A DNA stretch of 64,000 bases from Patescibacteria group bacterium (GTDB taxonomy: Bacteria > Patescibacteriota > Minisyncoccia > Phycocordibacterales > Phycocordibacteraceae), in contig JBBTSZ010000002.1 of the NCBI GenBank assembly GCA_038064495.1, forward strand, positions 344,934 through 408,933, written 5' to 3'. Shown here piece after piece: positions 19,558 through 30,376 of this stretch. The position numbers and the translations under genes are program-made. Position 1 is the stretch's first letter. Each line of letters begins with the position of its first letter. The notes beneath the pieces were generated by a model, which saw nothing but the letters and a program-made list of their open reading frames with translations, searched no databases and was not told where the DNA came from.

Positions 19558-19968
19558 ATGGCTACTACCACCACATACACCACCGCAGTTGGACGCCGCA
19601 AGACGGCAAGTGCTCGCGTAAAGCTTACGCCAGCAGCTAAGAATTCCATTACCGTGAACGGCATGTCTGCTCGTGAGTACTTTGGTACCGATCAGCGCGA
19701 CACCGTCACCCTTGATGCGTTCAAGGCACTTGAAACCAAGCAAAACTACACTGTAGAAGCTCGTGTACAGGGTGGTGGTAAGAGCGCACAGGCCGTAGCC
19801 GTTCGTCACGCGATTTCTCGTGCACTCATTACCGAGAATGCTGAAGGTATCACGGCTCGTCCGGCTCTTAAATCAGCTGGTTTCTTGAAGCGTGACCCTC
19901 GTTCGGTAGAGCGTAAGAAGCCAGGACTTCGTAAGGCTAGGAAGCGCCCGCAGTGGAGTAAACGTTAG
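19558..19968 (+). CDS. rpsI: 30S ribosomal protein S9
   Basis: GRRKTA, GGGKSAQA, RDPRSVERKKPG...QWSKR. Confidence 0.95.
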   Translation: MATTTTYTTAVGRRKTASARVKLTPAAKNSITVNGMSAREYFGTDQRDTVTLDAFKALETKQNYTVEARVQGGGKSAQAVAVRHAISRALITENAEGITARPALKSAGFLKRDPRSVERKKPGLRKARKRPQWSKR

Positions 19969-19973
19969 GGTAC

Positions 19974-20004
19974 AACAAAAAACCGCCTTCGGGCGATTTT
20001 TTGT
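19974..20004 (+). terminator. Terminator of the ribosomal cluster
   Basis: aaaaaaccgcc-TTCG-ggcgatttttt. Confidence 0.8.
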
Positions 20005-20037
20005 AAGTACACGAAGTGTCGTACGTCTTCACCGTAC

Positions 20038-20508
20038 ATGCAAAGAAAATATATTGTCCTTTCCCTCCTCGCGCTTGTTCTTATTGGTATCGGTGCTTAT
20101 TTGTATAATCAACGAGAAGCTGCAGCTGAAAGCTTGGCTCGCGTACGTAACGTCGTATATAACTTCGGTGACGAATTAAAACTTGTTCCTACACTTGCAC
20201 CGCATGCGGAGTTTGTGACAACGATGAACAAGCATTATGCGATGTACGTGCACCCAGATCTCTTAAACAAATGGAATGCCGAGCCAGCTACTGCTCCTGG
20301 ACGCGTGACTTCAAGTCCCTGGCCCGACCGCATAGACATAGATTCAATGGTCAAGAATAAGGACGGCACCTACACCGTAGAGGCTCATATCGTCCAAAAA
20401 GCGAGTGGACAAAGTTCTACAACACCTGCCCTAGCTGATATCCCAATACGCCTCATCATTACCATGGGACCTGATGGCTTCCAGATTACTGACTACCAGA
20501 CATTGTAA
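20038..20508 (+). CDS. Membrane-anchored hypothetical protein
   Basis: N-terminal TM; PGRVTSSPWPDRI motif. Confidence 0.7.
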   Translation: MQRKYIVLSLLALVLIGIGAYLYNQREAAAESLARVRNVVYNFGDELKLVPTLAPHAEFVTTMNKHYAMYVHPDLLNKWNAEPATAPGRVTSSPWPDRIDIDSMVKNKDGTYTVEAHIVQKASGQSSTTPALADIPIRLIITMGPDGFQITDYQTL

Positions 20509-20569
20509 CCTTGCTCTGGCTGAATAGGTGTGGTTATCTTCGAGCAGAAATACGTAAGGAGACGTCGCC

Positions 20570-20731
20570 GTGAATAACACTATTCTACCAAAAGAAATTG
20601 AGCAGCGACTTCAGGCACTGGCAAGCAAACTCGACATGAGTTTGCTAGAAACTCTGGAGGAAGCGATTGAGCACCTGGAAGAAAAGGTGCATCAAGAGGA
20701 AAATCCGAATGGGTTTGTAGTTCGCACGTAA
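20570..20731 (+). CDS. Small ribbon-helix-helix (CopG-like) protein, 53 aa (not in ORF track)
   Basis: AAGGAG then GTG; MNNTILPKEIEQRLQALASKLDMSLLETLEEAIEHLEEKVHQEENPNGFVVRT; own terminator follows. Confidence 0.65.
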   Translation: MNNTILPKEIEQRLQALASKLDMSLLETLEEAIEHLEEKVHQEENPNGFVVRT

Positions 20732-20741
20732 ACGCGAAATC

Positions 20742-20767
20742 AAGCGGTGCACTCGTGCGCCGCTTTT
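20742..20767 (+). terminator. Terminator after the small RHH ORF
   Basis: aagcggtgcac-tc-gtgcgccgctt-tt. Confidence 0.6.
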
Positions 20768-20800
20768 GACTAGCCACACAATTTCAGGCATATTCAATGG

Positions 20801-21364
20801 ATGGATGATGTTGTTATTGAACCGGATGGGGCAGAGGAAGCTGGTACAAGTGAGGAGGAGCTTGAAGCGACCGAAAGTCGTGTAGATTCAAAGCTTTTGA
20901 AAGTTAAAAAAGAGCTTGAGCGTACTACGAAGGAGAAGCAGGAATACCTTGATGGTTGGCAGAGAGCCAAGGCGGACTACGTAAACGCACTTAAGCGTTT
21001 TGAGGAAGAGAAACGTGGGGCAGTGGCACTTGGTTCTACTAAGACACTCCTCTTATTTATGCCGGCACTGGACTCGCTCGCTCGTGCTCGAGCACAGGGT
21101 GAACAGCTTCCGGCAGGATTTGAAGCCATAGCGCGTCAGCTTGAGGACGCAAGTAAGCAAATTGGTCTCTCACCCATTGGAGCAATTGGAGAGAGATTTG
21201 ATCCAACTATGCACGAAGCACTTGGGCAGGACGAAGCGAGATCTGTAAGTGAAGACGACACTATTACGGCAGTACTTGAGACCGGATGGAAGTCAGGAGA
21301 CGCCGTCATACGACCCGCCAAAGTTCGTGTGGCTCATTTTGAAGGGCAAGGCCAGAAGACTTGA
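20801..21364 (+). CDS. grpE: Nucleotide exchange factor GrpE
   Basis: RAKADYVN, GERFDPTMHEA, IRPAKVRV. Confidence 0.93.
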   Translation: MDDVVIEPDGAEEAGTSEEELEATESRVDSKLLKVKKELERTTKEKQEYLDGWQRAKADYVNALKRFEEEKRGAVALGSTKTLLLFMPALDSLARARAQGEQLPAGFEAIARQLEDASKQIGLSPIGAIGERFDPTMHEALGQDEARSVSEDDTITAVLETGWKSGDAVIRPAKVRVAHFEGQGQKT

Positions 21365-21389
21365 ACACGCGTGCGAGGAAGCGTACTAT
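21361..21389 (+). promoter_or_regulatory. Sigma70-like promoter upstream of dnaK
   Basis: TTGAAC-17 nt-TACTAT. Confidence 0.5.
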
Positions 21390-21432
21390 AAGGGTACGAA
21401 GGGCGATTTAGTAACATAACGAACCATTTCAC

Positions 21433-23343
21433 ATGGCAAAAATTCTTGGTATTGACCTTGGTACAACAAACTCCGCGATGGCCATCATGGAAGGTGGCGA
21501 ACCGCGCGTACTTGAAAACGCTGAAGGCCAGCGCACCACCCCCTCGGTGGTCGCTATCGCTAAAAATGGTGAGCGACTCGTTGGAACGCTTGCAAAGCGT
21601 CAGGCGGTAACGAATCCGAAAAACACCATTTACGGCATCAAGCGCTTCATGGGGCACCGGTTTACGGATGAAGCTGTACAGACTGACCAGAAGATTGTCC
21701 CGTATCAAATGAAGGCCAGTACCGATGGTGGAGTACTCGTCACCCTTGGCGAGAAGGACTATCGCCCTGAGGAAATCTCGGCAATGATTCTCGGCAAGCT
21801 CAAAGCTGACGCAGAAGCAAAGCTCGGTGAAAAAATCACCGAAGCAGTCATCACCGTTCCTGCCTACTTTGACGATTCACAGCGTGCAGCCACCAAGGCA
21901 GCGGGTGAAGTGGCCGGACTTGATGTGAAGCGCATCATCAATGAACCGACTGCAGCAGCGCTTGCCTATGGTTTTAACAAGAAGAAGGACGAAAAGATTG
22001 TCGTCTTTGACTTCGGTGGCGGTACGTTTGACGTGTCCGTACTTGAAGTAGGGGACGACGTCGTAGAAGTAAAGTCTACCGATGGTGACTCACACATGGG
22101 GGGTCGCGATATTGACCAAAAGATTGTGCGTTGGCTTGCGGACGAGTTTAAGAAGCAGTCAGGGCTAGATGTCACCAAGGACCCGCTCGCACTCCAGCGC
22201 CTCGACGAGGCTGCTGAAAAGGCAAAGCACGAACTTTCAAGCTCTGCTGAAACCGAAGTAAATATCCCCTTCATCACGGTAAGTTCTGACGGCACTCCTC
22301 AGCACCTTTTGGTGAAGATGTCTCGCTCAACTCTTGAAACCCTTTCAGAAGAGTACGTGACGCGCTCTATTGAAATCACCAAGCGTGCACTGGAAGCATC
22401 TGGTATGAAGGCAGGAGATATAAACGAAATCATTCTCGTGGGTGGTCAAACCCGCATGCCGAAGATTCAGGAGGAAGTAAAGAAACTCTTTGGCAAGGAT
22501 CCTAATCTCACCGTAAACCCAGACGAGGTCGTAGCCATCGGTGCCGCAATTCAGGCAGGTATTCTCCAAGGTGACGTGAAGGACATTCTCCTTGTGGATG
22601 TGATTCCACTCTCGCTTTCCATTGAGACCATGGGAGGAGTGGCAACCAAGCTCATTGAGCGCAACACGGCCATTCCTACCTCACGCAGTCAAACCTTCTC
22701 TACCGCAAGTGATAATCAAACCAGCGTAGAAATTAGCGTCACTCAAGGCGAGCGCGCCATGTCTATTGATAACAAGCAGCTCGGCCGCTTTATGCTGGAT
22801 GGTATTCCACCAGCACCGCGCGGACTCCCCCAAGTAGAAGTTACGTTTGATGTAGACAGTAACGGTATCCTCACGGTAAAAGCAAAAGAAAAAACAACTG
22901 GCAAGGAGCAGAGCATCCGTATTGAAGGCTCCACCGGACTTTCAAGTGCTGATATTGAGAAGATGAAGGCTGATGCTGAAGTGCACGCGGCGGAAGACGC
23001 CAAGCGTAAGGAAACGGTTGAAGCAAAAAACATTGCGGAGCAACTTATCTACACCGCAGAAAAGGCGCTCAAGGATGCAGGTGACAAAGTATCCACTGAA
23101 GTGGTAACTGAAGTGCAAGAAAAAATGACAGCCCTTCGCGGTGCAAAGGAAGGTGAGGACTTGGAAGCTATCAAGTCAGCTTCTGAAGCACTCGGTACCT
23201 CTATGTCTAAGATTGGTGAGGCTATCGCCGCATCGGCGGACCCGACGGGGTCAACCAGTCCAGAAGGCACATCGTCTCCTGAAGGTACGGGCGGAACACC
23301 CCCAACCGACGCAGAATTCACGGAAAAGCCACCGGAGGCATAG
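21433..23343 (+). CDS. dnaK: Chaperone DnaK
   Basis: [25 protein letters not shown]. Confidence 0.98.
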   Translation: MAKILGIDLGTTNSAMAIMEGGEPRVLENAEGQRTTPSVVAIAKNGERLVGTLAKRQAVTNPKNTIYGIKRFMGHRFTDEAVQTDQKIVPYQMKASTDGGVLVTLGEKDYRPEEISAMILGKLKADAEAKLGEKITEAVITVPAYFDDSQRAATKAAGEVAGLDVKRIINEPTAAALAYGFNKKKDEKIVVFDFGGGTFDVSVLEVGDDVVEVKSTDGDSHMGGRDIDQKIVRWLADEFKKQSGLDVTKDPLALQRLDEAAEKAKHELSSSAETEVNIPFITVSSDGTPQHLLVKMSRSTLETLSEEYVTRSIEITKRALEASGMKAGDINEIILVGGQTRMPKIQEEVKKLFGKDPNLTVNPDEVVAIGAAIQAGILQGDVKDILLVDVIPLSLSIETMGGVATKLIERNTAIPTSRSQTFSTASDNQTSVEISVTQGERAMSIDNKQLGRFMLDGIPPAPRGLPQVEVTFDVDSNGILTVKAKEKTTGKEQSIRIEGSTGLSSADIEKMKADAEVHAAEDAKRKETVEAKNIAEQLIYTAEKALKDAGDKVSTEVVTEVQEKMTALRGAKEGEDLEAIKSASEALGTSMSKIGEAIAASADPTGSTSPEGTSSPEGTGGTPPTDAEFTEKPPEA

Positions 23344-23362
23344 TTTGCTATAGTGAAGCGTC

Positions 23363-24436
23363 ATGGCGAAAAACTACTACGAAGTCCTTGGCGTTGATAA
23401 GAAAGCAACCCAAGACGACATAAAGAAAGCCTTCCGAAAACTGGCTCAAAAGCATCACCCGGACAAGGGCGGTGACGAGGCTATCTTTAAGGAGATTACA
23501 GAGGCATATGCTACGCTTGCAGACGAAAAACGTCGGCGCGAATATGACTCGTACGGTCAAACCTTCCGCGGACAGGGGGGCGCTGGATTTGATCCATCTC
23601 AGTTTAGTGGCTTTGGTAATGGTGGTGTTGAGTTTGACTTGAACGACCTATTCCAGGGCTTCGGCGACATCTTCGGTGGTGGCATGGGAGGTGGCGGCGG
23701 ACGTGGTCGCATTAAGCGTGGTCGCGACATCTCAGTTGATATTGAAGTCACTTTCAAGGAATCTATCCTCGGCGGAAAGCGTCAGGTGCTTATTTCTAAA
23801 GTAGATAAGTGTGAGGTCTGTGAAGGTTCCGGTGCAAAGCCGGGTAGCGAACTTGAAACCTGTAAGACCTGTAACGGTGCCGGTCGTCTTCACGAAACGC
23901 GTGACTCCGTCCTTGGCGCGTTCAGCACCGTGCGTACCTGCTCCACCTGTGAAGGCTCTGGAAAGGTTCCAAAAGAGAAGTGCACGAACTGCTCTGGCCA
24001 CGGCATTCTGAAGAGAGAGGCAGAACTCAATATTGATATTCCTCGGGGTATTGATGGGGGCGAGATGATTCGTATGCCAGGCATGGGAGAGGCGGTGAAG
24101 GGGGGTGTCTCCGGCGACCTCTACGTAAAAGTACACGTAAAGCCACACGCAACCTTCCGCAAGGACGGAGCAAACCTTCTGATGGAGCTACCGGTAAAAC
24201 TCACGGACGCGCTTCTCGGCACCAGTGTCTCGGTCACCACGATTGATGAAAAGGTGCTTGATGTGAAAGTCCCCGCGATGACGAAAACTGAAGAAACACT
24301 TCGTATCCGTGGCAAGGGAGTTGCCTACGACAACGGCACCGGCGACCTTCTCATTCGCGTCACCGCCATTCTTCCGAAGAAACTCTCCGGAAAGGCTAAG
24401 AAGGCTATTGAGGATCTGAAAGCCGAAGGCCTGTAG
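23363..24436 (+). CDS. dnaJ: Chaperone DnaJ
   Basis: HPD J-domain, G/F region, four CxxCxGxG repeats. Confidence 0.97.
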   Translation: MAKNYYEVLGVDKKATQDDIKKAFRKLAQKHHPDKGGDEAIFKEITEAYATLADEKRRREYDSYGQTFRGQGGAGFDPSQFSGFGNGGVEFDLNDLFQGFGDIFGGGMGGGGGRGRIKRGRDISVDIEVTFKESILGGKRQVLISKVDKCEVCEGSGAKPGSELETCKTCNGAGRLHETRDSVLGAFSTVRTCSTCEGSGKVPKEKCTNCSGHGILKREAELNIDIPRGIDGGEMIRMPGMGEAVKGGVSGDLYVKVHVKPHATFRKDGANLLMELPVKLTDALLGTSVSVTTIDEKVLDVKVPAMTKTEETLRIRGKGVAYDNGTGDLLIRVTAILPKKLSGKAKKAIEDLKAEGL

Positions 24437-24437
24437 T

Positions 24438-24552
24438 TCGTCCAGAACCGCACATCTGCGTTGTTGCTGTCTTCAAAAAAATTCTTTCACCGAGGACATA
24501 CGCCTGCAGAATTTTCCTCGCCGCGCCTAGCACCTACTTCGGTTCTGAACGA
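24438..24552 (-). repeat. Structured intergenic repeat, copy 3 (apical hairpin partly deleted)
   Basis: Minus strand tcgttcagaaccgaagta-GGTGCTAGGCG...aaaattct/agaatttt stem...CAACAACGCAGA-tgtgcggttctggacga. Confidence 0.85.
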
Positions 24553-24613
24553 CCTGTGAGCAAAAGAGCGCAATAGTTCATAAAAGCCACAAAGTGTGGT
24601 ATAATTTCTTCTT

Positions 24614-26437
24614 ATGCCAACTGAAAAGAAAGTCATCCGGGTTATGCCGGTCATACGTGCCTATGGAAAAGCGGTTCTAGAATATCCTTGGCTTTTGGTG
24701 TGGTCAGTTGTTGGCGTCATTGGACTCGAATCAGCTAACGTTCTTGCACCGCTGTACATGCGTCAGTTCATCAATATTCTCTCAGCCTCTACACCGGATG
24801 AGTTTGTCGTGAAATCACTGTTCATCACTTTGCTTATTTTCGCCGGCATTAACTTCTGTGGCTGGATAGCTCAGCGCATTCGTATGACTTCCATCACTAT
24901 TATGGAGTCACAAGTCATGCGTGACCTTTCAAATACGGCCTTTGACTACCTGCTTGGTCACTCGCACGACTTCTTTATCTCAAACTTCGCCGGCACGCTC
25001 ACGCGTCGTGTAAACCGCTATGCCCGGTCCTTTGAGCAAGTATTTGATAGTTTCATTTTGACCTTCCTTCCGACGGCGCTTTTTACCATTGGAACCATTG
25101 TGGTGCTTTCCATGCGAAGCCTCGTACTCGGCCTTGGTCTTCTTGTGTGGACGGTTACCTTCTTTTTCCTACAGTACTACCTCACCAAGTGGCGCCAGGG
25201 ATACAAGCTCGTCCGCTCTGCAGAGGACAGTAAAGTAACCGGCATTCTCTCAGATGCGGTAGCAAATCACACGACCATCACACTGTTTGCTTCTAAGGGA
25301 GCGGAAGGAAATTACTTCGGAAGCGCCATAGAGCGCTGGATGAAGGCAAATCTTGCCTCCTGGCATGCTGACAACCTCGTGTACTCCGTACAGGGCCTCT
25401 TTTCACTAATAAGTGAAGCTGGTCTGCTTGCCGTAGCGGTGTACCTCTGGAGTAAGGGCATTCTTACGGTGGGAGATTTCGTGCTTATTCAAGTCTATAT
25501 CTTGGGTCTTATGAACCGTATTTGGGACATTGGGCACACGCTCCGCAGACTCAATGACTCATTTGCTGATGCGTCTGAGATGGTAGACATTCTTGAACAG
25601 CCACACGAAGTATCAGACATCCCGACAGCTACGGAACTTTCTGTTACCGACGGCAAAATTGAATTCAAGGACGTTGAATTCAACTTCAACGAAACGCGTT
25701 CTATTTTGAACAAATTCTCGCTCAACATTCGTGGAGGCGAAAAGGTGGCACTTGTTGGTCCTTCAGGAGCAGGCAAATCCACCATCACCAAGCTTCTGCT
25801 ACGTCTCCATGAAGTAACCGGAGGAGAAATTACCATTGATGGCCAGAATATTAAGGAAGTCCAGCAGGAAAGTCTTCGTCGTGCGATTGGCTTCGTACCG
25901 CAGGAATCCATCCTCTTCCACCGAACGCTGAGAGACAATATTCTCTACGGAAAGCCTGATGCAACAAAAGAAGAGCTTATTGAGGCCTCTAAAAAAGCAC
26001 ATGCCCACGATTTCATCTCACAACTCCCGCTTGGGTACGACACGTTCGTGGGTGAGCGTGGTGTGAAGCTTTCCGGTGGTGAACGTCAACGAGTTGCTAT
26101 CGCTCGTGCACTCTTGAAGAACGCACCGATTTTGGTACTTGATGAGGCTACCTCGTCGCTTGATTCTGAAAGTGAGCATCTCATTCAGGAAGCACTGGAT
26201 ACCTTGATGGAGGGTAAGACCGTCATCGTTATTGCCCACCGACTTTCCACTATTATGAAGATGGACCGCATTGTGGTTATGGAGCAGGGAGCTATTGCTT
26301 CACAAGGTACTCACGACGAGCTTCTAAAAGAGGACGGACTCTACGCAAAACTCTGGAGTATTCAGGCTGGAGGCTTCCTTGGCGGTCCTGAAGAGCCAAA
26401 GGAATCTGAGGAGGTAGAGCAGGAAGTAGAATTCTAG
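24614..26437 (+). CDS. ABC exporter, fused permease/ATPase
   Basis: TM domain; GPSGAGKS, LSGGERQR, LDEATS. Confidence 0.93.
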   Translation: MPTEKKVIRVMPVIRAYGKAVLEYPWLLVWSVVGVIGLESANVLAPLYMRQFINILSASTPDEFVVKSLFITLLIFAGINFCGWIAQRIRMTSITIMESQVMRDLSNTAFDYLLGHSHDFFISNFAGTLTRRVNRYARSFEQVFDSFILTFLPTALFTIGTIVVLSMRSLVLGLGLLVWTVTFFFLQYYLTKWRQGYKLVRSAEDSKVTGILSDAVANHTTITLFASKGAEGNYFGSAIERWMKANLASWHADNLVYSVQGLFSLISEAGLLAVAVYLWSKGILTVGDFVLIQVYILGLMNRIWDIGHTLRRLNDSFADASEMVDILEQPHEVSDIPTATELSVTDGKIEFKDVEFNFNETRSILNKFSLNIRGGEKVALVGPSGAGKSTITKLLLRLHEVTGGEITIDGQNIKEVQQESLRRAIGFVPQESILFHRTLRDNILYGKPDATKEELIEASKKAHAHDFISQLPLGYDTFVGERGVKLSGGERQRVAIARALLKNAPILVLDEATSSLDSESEHLIQEALDTLMEGKTVIVIAHRLSTIMKMDRIVVMEQGAIASQGTHDELLKEDGLYAKLWSIQAGGFLGGPEEPKESEEVEQEVEF

Positions 26438-26488
26438 CTCTGTGGGTAGCTACTACCCGGTCTTACTGAGGAGCTATACTTAAGGCCT

Positions 26489-27007
26489 ATGGAACAGATA
26501 GCGATGCAGATCTCAGATTTAGCGACGTCTGCAGCGCTTAACTCCTGGAGCGTCATGAGTAATTTCATGATCTTGCTCGGGCTTACAATCCTGTTTGTAC
26601 TTATTTCCTATCGCTCACGGGGAGGCATTATCTCGCTCATCGTAGCGTTTTACGTAAGCTACGCACTTTTCCTTGTCTTTCCGTACACCCACGATATTGT
26701 CGCGACCGGAACGACACCACTCCTAAAGGCCATCATCAGTTTTATTATCTTCGCAATTGGCTGTGTTGTGCCGTTTATGTTTATTGAGCGCCTCGTCACG
26801 GGTGGTATTGGTGTCCTTTCCGTATTTCCACGCTTCGGTCTGTCATTCCTTGCAGCTACTTTCCTGATGGCACTTGCGTACCATGTCTTCTCGGTTAATG
26901 AGATTTATACCTTTCCCGAGCCGATGAACACGTTGTTCGCTCCAAACCAGTATTTCTTCTGGTGGTTTGCCGCTCCACTCCTCGGCCTCCTCCTCCTAGT
27001 CCACTAA
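26489..27007 (+). CDS. Integral membrane hypothetical protein
   Basis: 172 aa, about 5 hydrophobic segments. Confidence 0.7.
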   Translation: MEQIAMQISDLATSAALNSWSVMSNFMILLGLTILFVLISYRSRGGIISLIVAFYVSYALFLVFPYTHDIVATGTTPLLKAIISFIIFAIGCVVPFMFIERLVTGGIGVLSVFPRFGLSFLAATFLMALAYHVFSVNEIYTFPEPMNTLFAPNQYFFWWFAAPLLGLLLLVH

Positions 27008-28572
27008 CTATTTACATCTCGAAGACGTTTTTCCACGAATTCACGCGGTAAGACGGATAAGAACCAGCCTGCTTTTGGACCTGATGTACGGTTTAAGAAA
27101 ATACTATAGAGAGCACTAAACAAATCTGAAGGTTTGATGGGGACCTCTGATTTCAGTGTGTGTAAGAAAGCATGTATTTCTTCACCCGTTCGAGATTCAG
27201 TAACATACTCAGCAAGTAGAGAAAGTGCTTTCTTTTGATCATCTGCCAAGGAGACTTCAGGTAGTGTCTGCTGAAGCTCGTACCGGTATTGCTCTGTCGC
27301 ATACGTGGTGAGCCAGAATTTTGCATAAGTCTGACGTTCATGAAGAAGCTTCTCCTCATCCTCAGTAAGTGGCGAGCCTTTTGCCTGCTCAGCCTCATCC
27401 ATAAGGGAAATGTGGGGCATTTGAGTAATGAAAGCCACCTGACTGAAACGAAGTAACCACGGTGCTCCAAACCCTGCACGGTCTTCAGGAAGTTTAGTTA
27501 GTTCATACAGACGAGTGAAATCGTCTGCTACGCCATTACGTATGGCCTCAGCTAAGTCATCATGCCAATCATAGGTACGCGGGATAGAGTCCCCAGCAGG
27601 GTCGATATCAATTTGCTGGTTAATATCTTTGCCAATCAAGACAAGTCGGAAAACATCAGTAGGGAATAGGTCGCTCATATCCTTTGCAGAAGAACCCCTT
27701 CCTTTTGAGGAGGACATTTTCTGTCCTCCAACGAGGAAAAATTCGTAGGGGATGTCATACGGTGTCTCGCGACCAAACAGTTCCTTGGCAATGTGGTTTG
27801 CAACATCTCGTGAGCCACCCTTCGTTGAGTGGTCCTTTCCAGCCCCTTCGACGTCCACATCCATGGCGCACCACTTGGCTGCCCAGTCTACTTTCCAAAA
27901 GAGCTTACTAGCTCCTTTCCAAGGTGCTACACGTCCAGTGTGACCACATGGAATCGTGCCGTCGGGTGATTTATCACAGGCATAGCCCACGGTCTCGCCA
28001 TCATATTCAAAAGCTCGAGTGGTCATCATTTTTCCGCATTTTTCGCATATGACAGATATTGGCAACCAGTCCTCAGATTTTACGGAGCCCGAGACCTCTT
28101 TTAAGATCCGACGCACATCAGACACTCGCTCAAGGGCAATCTTAATATAGGGGTCCATTTTTCCAGACTGATACAACTCGGTTGCACGATAGTACTCAGG
28201 AGTAAATCCTGCTTTTTTGTGGACTTCAATAAACTCCGCACCGAAGTACTCCGCATAATTAGCGAATCCAGGTTCAGGAGCCGGAACAGTATACAGTGGT
28301 TTACCAAGATGTTCAGAAAACCTTTCTTCGTCTAAATATCCCGGAATGGAGTCGAACGGGTCGAAATCGTTGAGTTCATAAAGATACTTGTTAGACACTC
28401 CGTATTCGGTGAGCACCTCACCGACGAGCCCATGAATGGCGACTCCGCGCATTGAACCAACATGCACGCGACCCGACATGGTCTTCTCATCACGAATCAG
28501 CAGGGGCTTTGCTCCTGCTGTAACTCTTTTTTTTTCTTGTATGTCCTTCGCTATTCTGTCTGCCCAAAACAT
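27004..28572 (-). CDS. lysS: Lysine--tRNA ligase, class I
   Basis: MFWAD, SGRVHVGS (HIGH-like), KLFWKVDW, GKDH, KMSSSKG, GPKAGWF. Confidence 0.93.
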   Translation of the reverse strand: MFWADRIAKDIQEKKRVTAGAKPLLIRDEKTMSGRVHVGSMRGVAIHGLVGEVLTEYGVSNKYLYELNDFDPFDSIPGYLDEERFSEHLGKPLYTVPAPEPGFANYAEYFGAEFIEVHKKAGFTPEYYRATELYQSGKMDPYIKIALERVSDVRRILKEVSGSVKSEDWLPISVICEKCGKMMTTRAFEYDGETVGYACDKSPDGTIPCGHTGRVAPWKGASKLFWKVDWAAKWCAMDVDVEGAGKDHSTKGGSRDVANHIAKELFGRETPYDIPYEFFLVGGQKMSSSKGRGSSAKDMSDLFPTDVFRLVLIGKDINQQIDIDPAGDSIPRTYDWHDDLAEAIRNGVADDFTRLYELTKLPEDRAGFGAPWLLRFSQVAFITQMPHISLMDEAEQAKGSPLTEDEEKLLHERQTYAKFWLTTYATEQYRYELQQTLPEVSLADDQKKALSLLAEYVTESRTGEEIHAFLHTLKSEVPIKPSDLFSALYSIFLNRTSGPKAGWFLSVLPREFVEKRLRDVNS

Positions 28573-28619
28573 AACGCCATCCTACCATGTCTGCCGTAAT
28601 CAGATGCTAGAATGCACGC

Positions 28620-29156
28620 ATGCCGTCTGGAATAGGGAAGTACCGTAAGCACATCCAAGAAATTGGTACAGGCTTGTTCATATATGAAGTCTTTAACTTC
28701 GTGTATGACTGGCTATTTTATCCCTTTGCGCTCGCGTACTGGGGACTTTTAAAGGGCGGAGTAATTGTTGTCGCAGGTTCACTTGTTCAGTGTGCTTTTG
28801 TCTTTTGGCTCTATGACTATATGCGGATTGACTGGGTTGGTGCTCACGCACTTCGTGAACTAGAAACCAAAGAAGAGAAAACCTGGTTTGAGCGCATGGC
28901 CGTATGGCTTGGAAAAGACAAGAAGTCATTGTTTGAGAAGTTGTGTAGCCCTATTGTGTTCGTAGCGCTAACACTTCCAATAGACCCTTTGATAGTTGCT
29001 CTACATTACCGACGTAAGCATTTTGAAGGCATCTCCCTACGTGACTGGGGACTTCTAATCTCAGCCGTAGCTGCAGCAAACCTGTGGTGGCTTCTGAAAG
29101 TCGGAACCATTGTGGAAGGTTTCAAATATCTATACACCTTCGTTTTGGGGAGCTAA
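28620..29156 (+). CDS. Membrane hypothetical protein
   Basis: 178 aa with hydrophobic segments; TAGAAT 6 nt before ATG. Confidence 0.65.
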   Translation: MPSGIGKYRKHIQEIGTGLFIYEVFNFVYDWLFYPFALAYWGLLKGGVIVVAGSLVQCAFVFWLYDYMRIDWVGAHALRELETKEEKTWFERMAVWLGKDKKSLFEKLCSPIVFVALTLPIDPLIVALHYRRKHFEGISLRDWGLLISAVAAANLWWLLKVGTIVEGFKYLYTFVLGS

Positions 29157-29172
29157 TCTAGGAGGTATACTT

Positions 29173-29538
29173 ATGAATACGATGAAATCGGTAGACTGGA
29201 TGACTTCTATCTTGTGGGCTTTTTTGCTACTTTCTATAGCCTCTACTGGTTATTTCTTCTTTTACAGTAAAGATTATGATGTCATGGTTGAAACTGCATG
29301 TTCTCCAGATATGGAAAACTGCTTCCATAGAGATTGTTCTGCCGAAGATTCAGAATGTCCTCCAAATGGTTACGAAGACTACAAAGTGTACGCAATAAAA
29401 GCATATGATTTTGCTTCATGTGAAGCTGACACTTGCAATGCACTTTGTCTTTCAGGCTCACCACTCTGTGTTGAAACAACCTGTGGCGCTGTAGACACTG
29501 ATACCTGCAGTTCTAACCCTGAAGAAAGTTCTCAATAG
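29173..29538 (+). CDS. Small membrane-anchored Cys-rich protein
   Basis: GGAGGT then ATG 29173; one TM followed by 10 Cys. Confidence 0.7.
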   Translation: MNTMKSVDWMTSILWAFLLLSIASTGYFFFYSKDYDVMVETACSPDMENCFHRDCSAEDSECPPNGYEDYKVYAIKAYDFASCEADTCNALCLSGSPLCVETTCGAVDTDTCSSNPEESSQ

Positions 29539-29540
29539 GT

Positions 29541-30362
29541 ATGAATATTTCAAGTGAAGATGAACAATTGATCGAGTCGCTCGTATCAGACAAGGATGCA
29601 TTTAATGCATATGTATACACACCACTTTCCGAAGCAATCGCTACTCTTAAGGAACGTACTAGGAGTCAAGATCCAGAATTGGCCAGTATAGTACCTTCAG
29701 AAATGCTACAAAAACCACGAGCAGTATTGTTCAGACAGGTTTTAACCTCCAATTATGAATCGAGACGCTTCATGAATCTTGTAGAGTCTTCAGAATTAGA
29801 GCCACTTTTTTTTGAGTATTATTCTGATAAATTCACTTCCAATAATGACTTCAAGCACTCCCTAGGAAGAATGTTTTTTTACAAAGGAATGGGTAAGAAT
29901 GGCGGTACGCAAATACATTCACGAACTGTGCTTGACTTTAATACTGCAAATGGGAAGAAGATATGCGATCTAAAAACGATATGGGGCGAATCGTTAGTTG
30001 ATTTCCATCACTCACTTTTTAAAAGTTGTTTTTTTGACCTGCCGGCTTCTGATTTTTTTGACGCATCACTTTGGTTTAAAAACCACGGCCAGTCGGCAGA
30101 AAAATATTATGAGTTGTTCCTTTCTCTTTTTATCGAGCACGCTATCCTCTTTGAAGATTTTATGCTTAATCAAAAGGAATTGTCTTTCACGCGTGATATC
30201 TTCCTCCCAGCTTTTATATCCGTTCACAAATCAAGAGGCATTAAACCCCTGATAGTCTCCCTGGAACCAACTCAGATTGAAGATGCTCGCTTTTGGCTTT
30301 GTCACCCCTTTGAGAATTTAGACATCGTTGATGCTAAATTGGCTTTACCAAGAGTGAGTTAG
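29541..30362 (+). CDS. Cytoplasmic hypothetical protein, enzyme-like
   Basis: 273-aa ORF tightly linked to flanking genes; no family recognised. Confidence 0.7.
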   Translation: MNISSEDEQLIESLVSDKDAFNAYVYTPLSEAIATLKERTRSQDPELASIVPSEMLQKPRAVLFRQVLTSNYESRRFMNLVESSELEPLFFEYYSDKFTSNNDFKHSLGRMFFYKGMGKNGGTQIHSRTVLDFNTANGKKICDLKTIWGESLVDFHHSLFKSCFFDLPASDFFDASLWFKNHGQSAEKYYELFLSLFIEHAILFEDFMLNQKELSFTRDIFLPAFISVHKSRGIKPLIVSLEPTQIEDARFWLCHPFENLDIVDAKLALPRVS

Positions 30363-30376
30363 AATACAATTACGGT

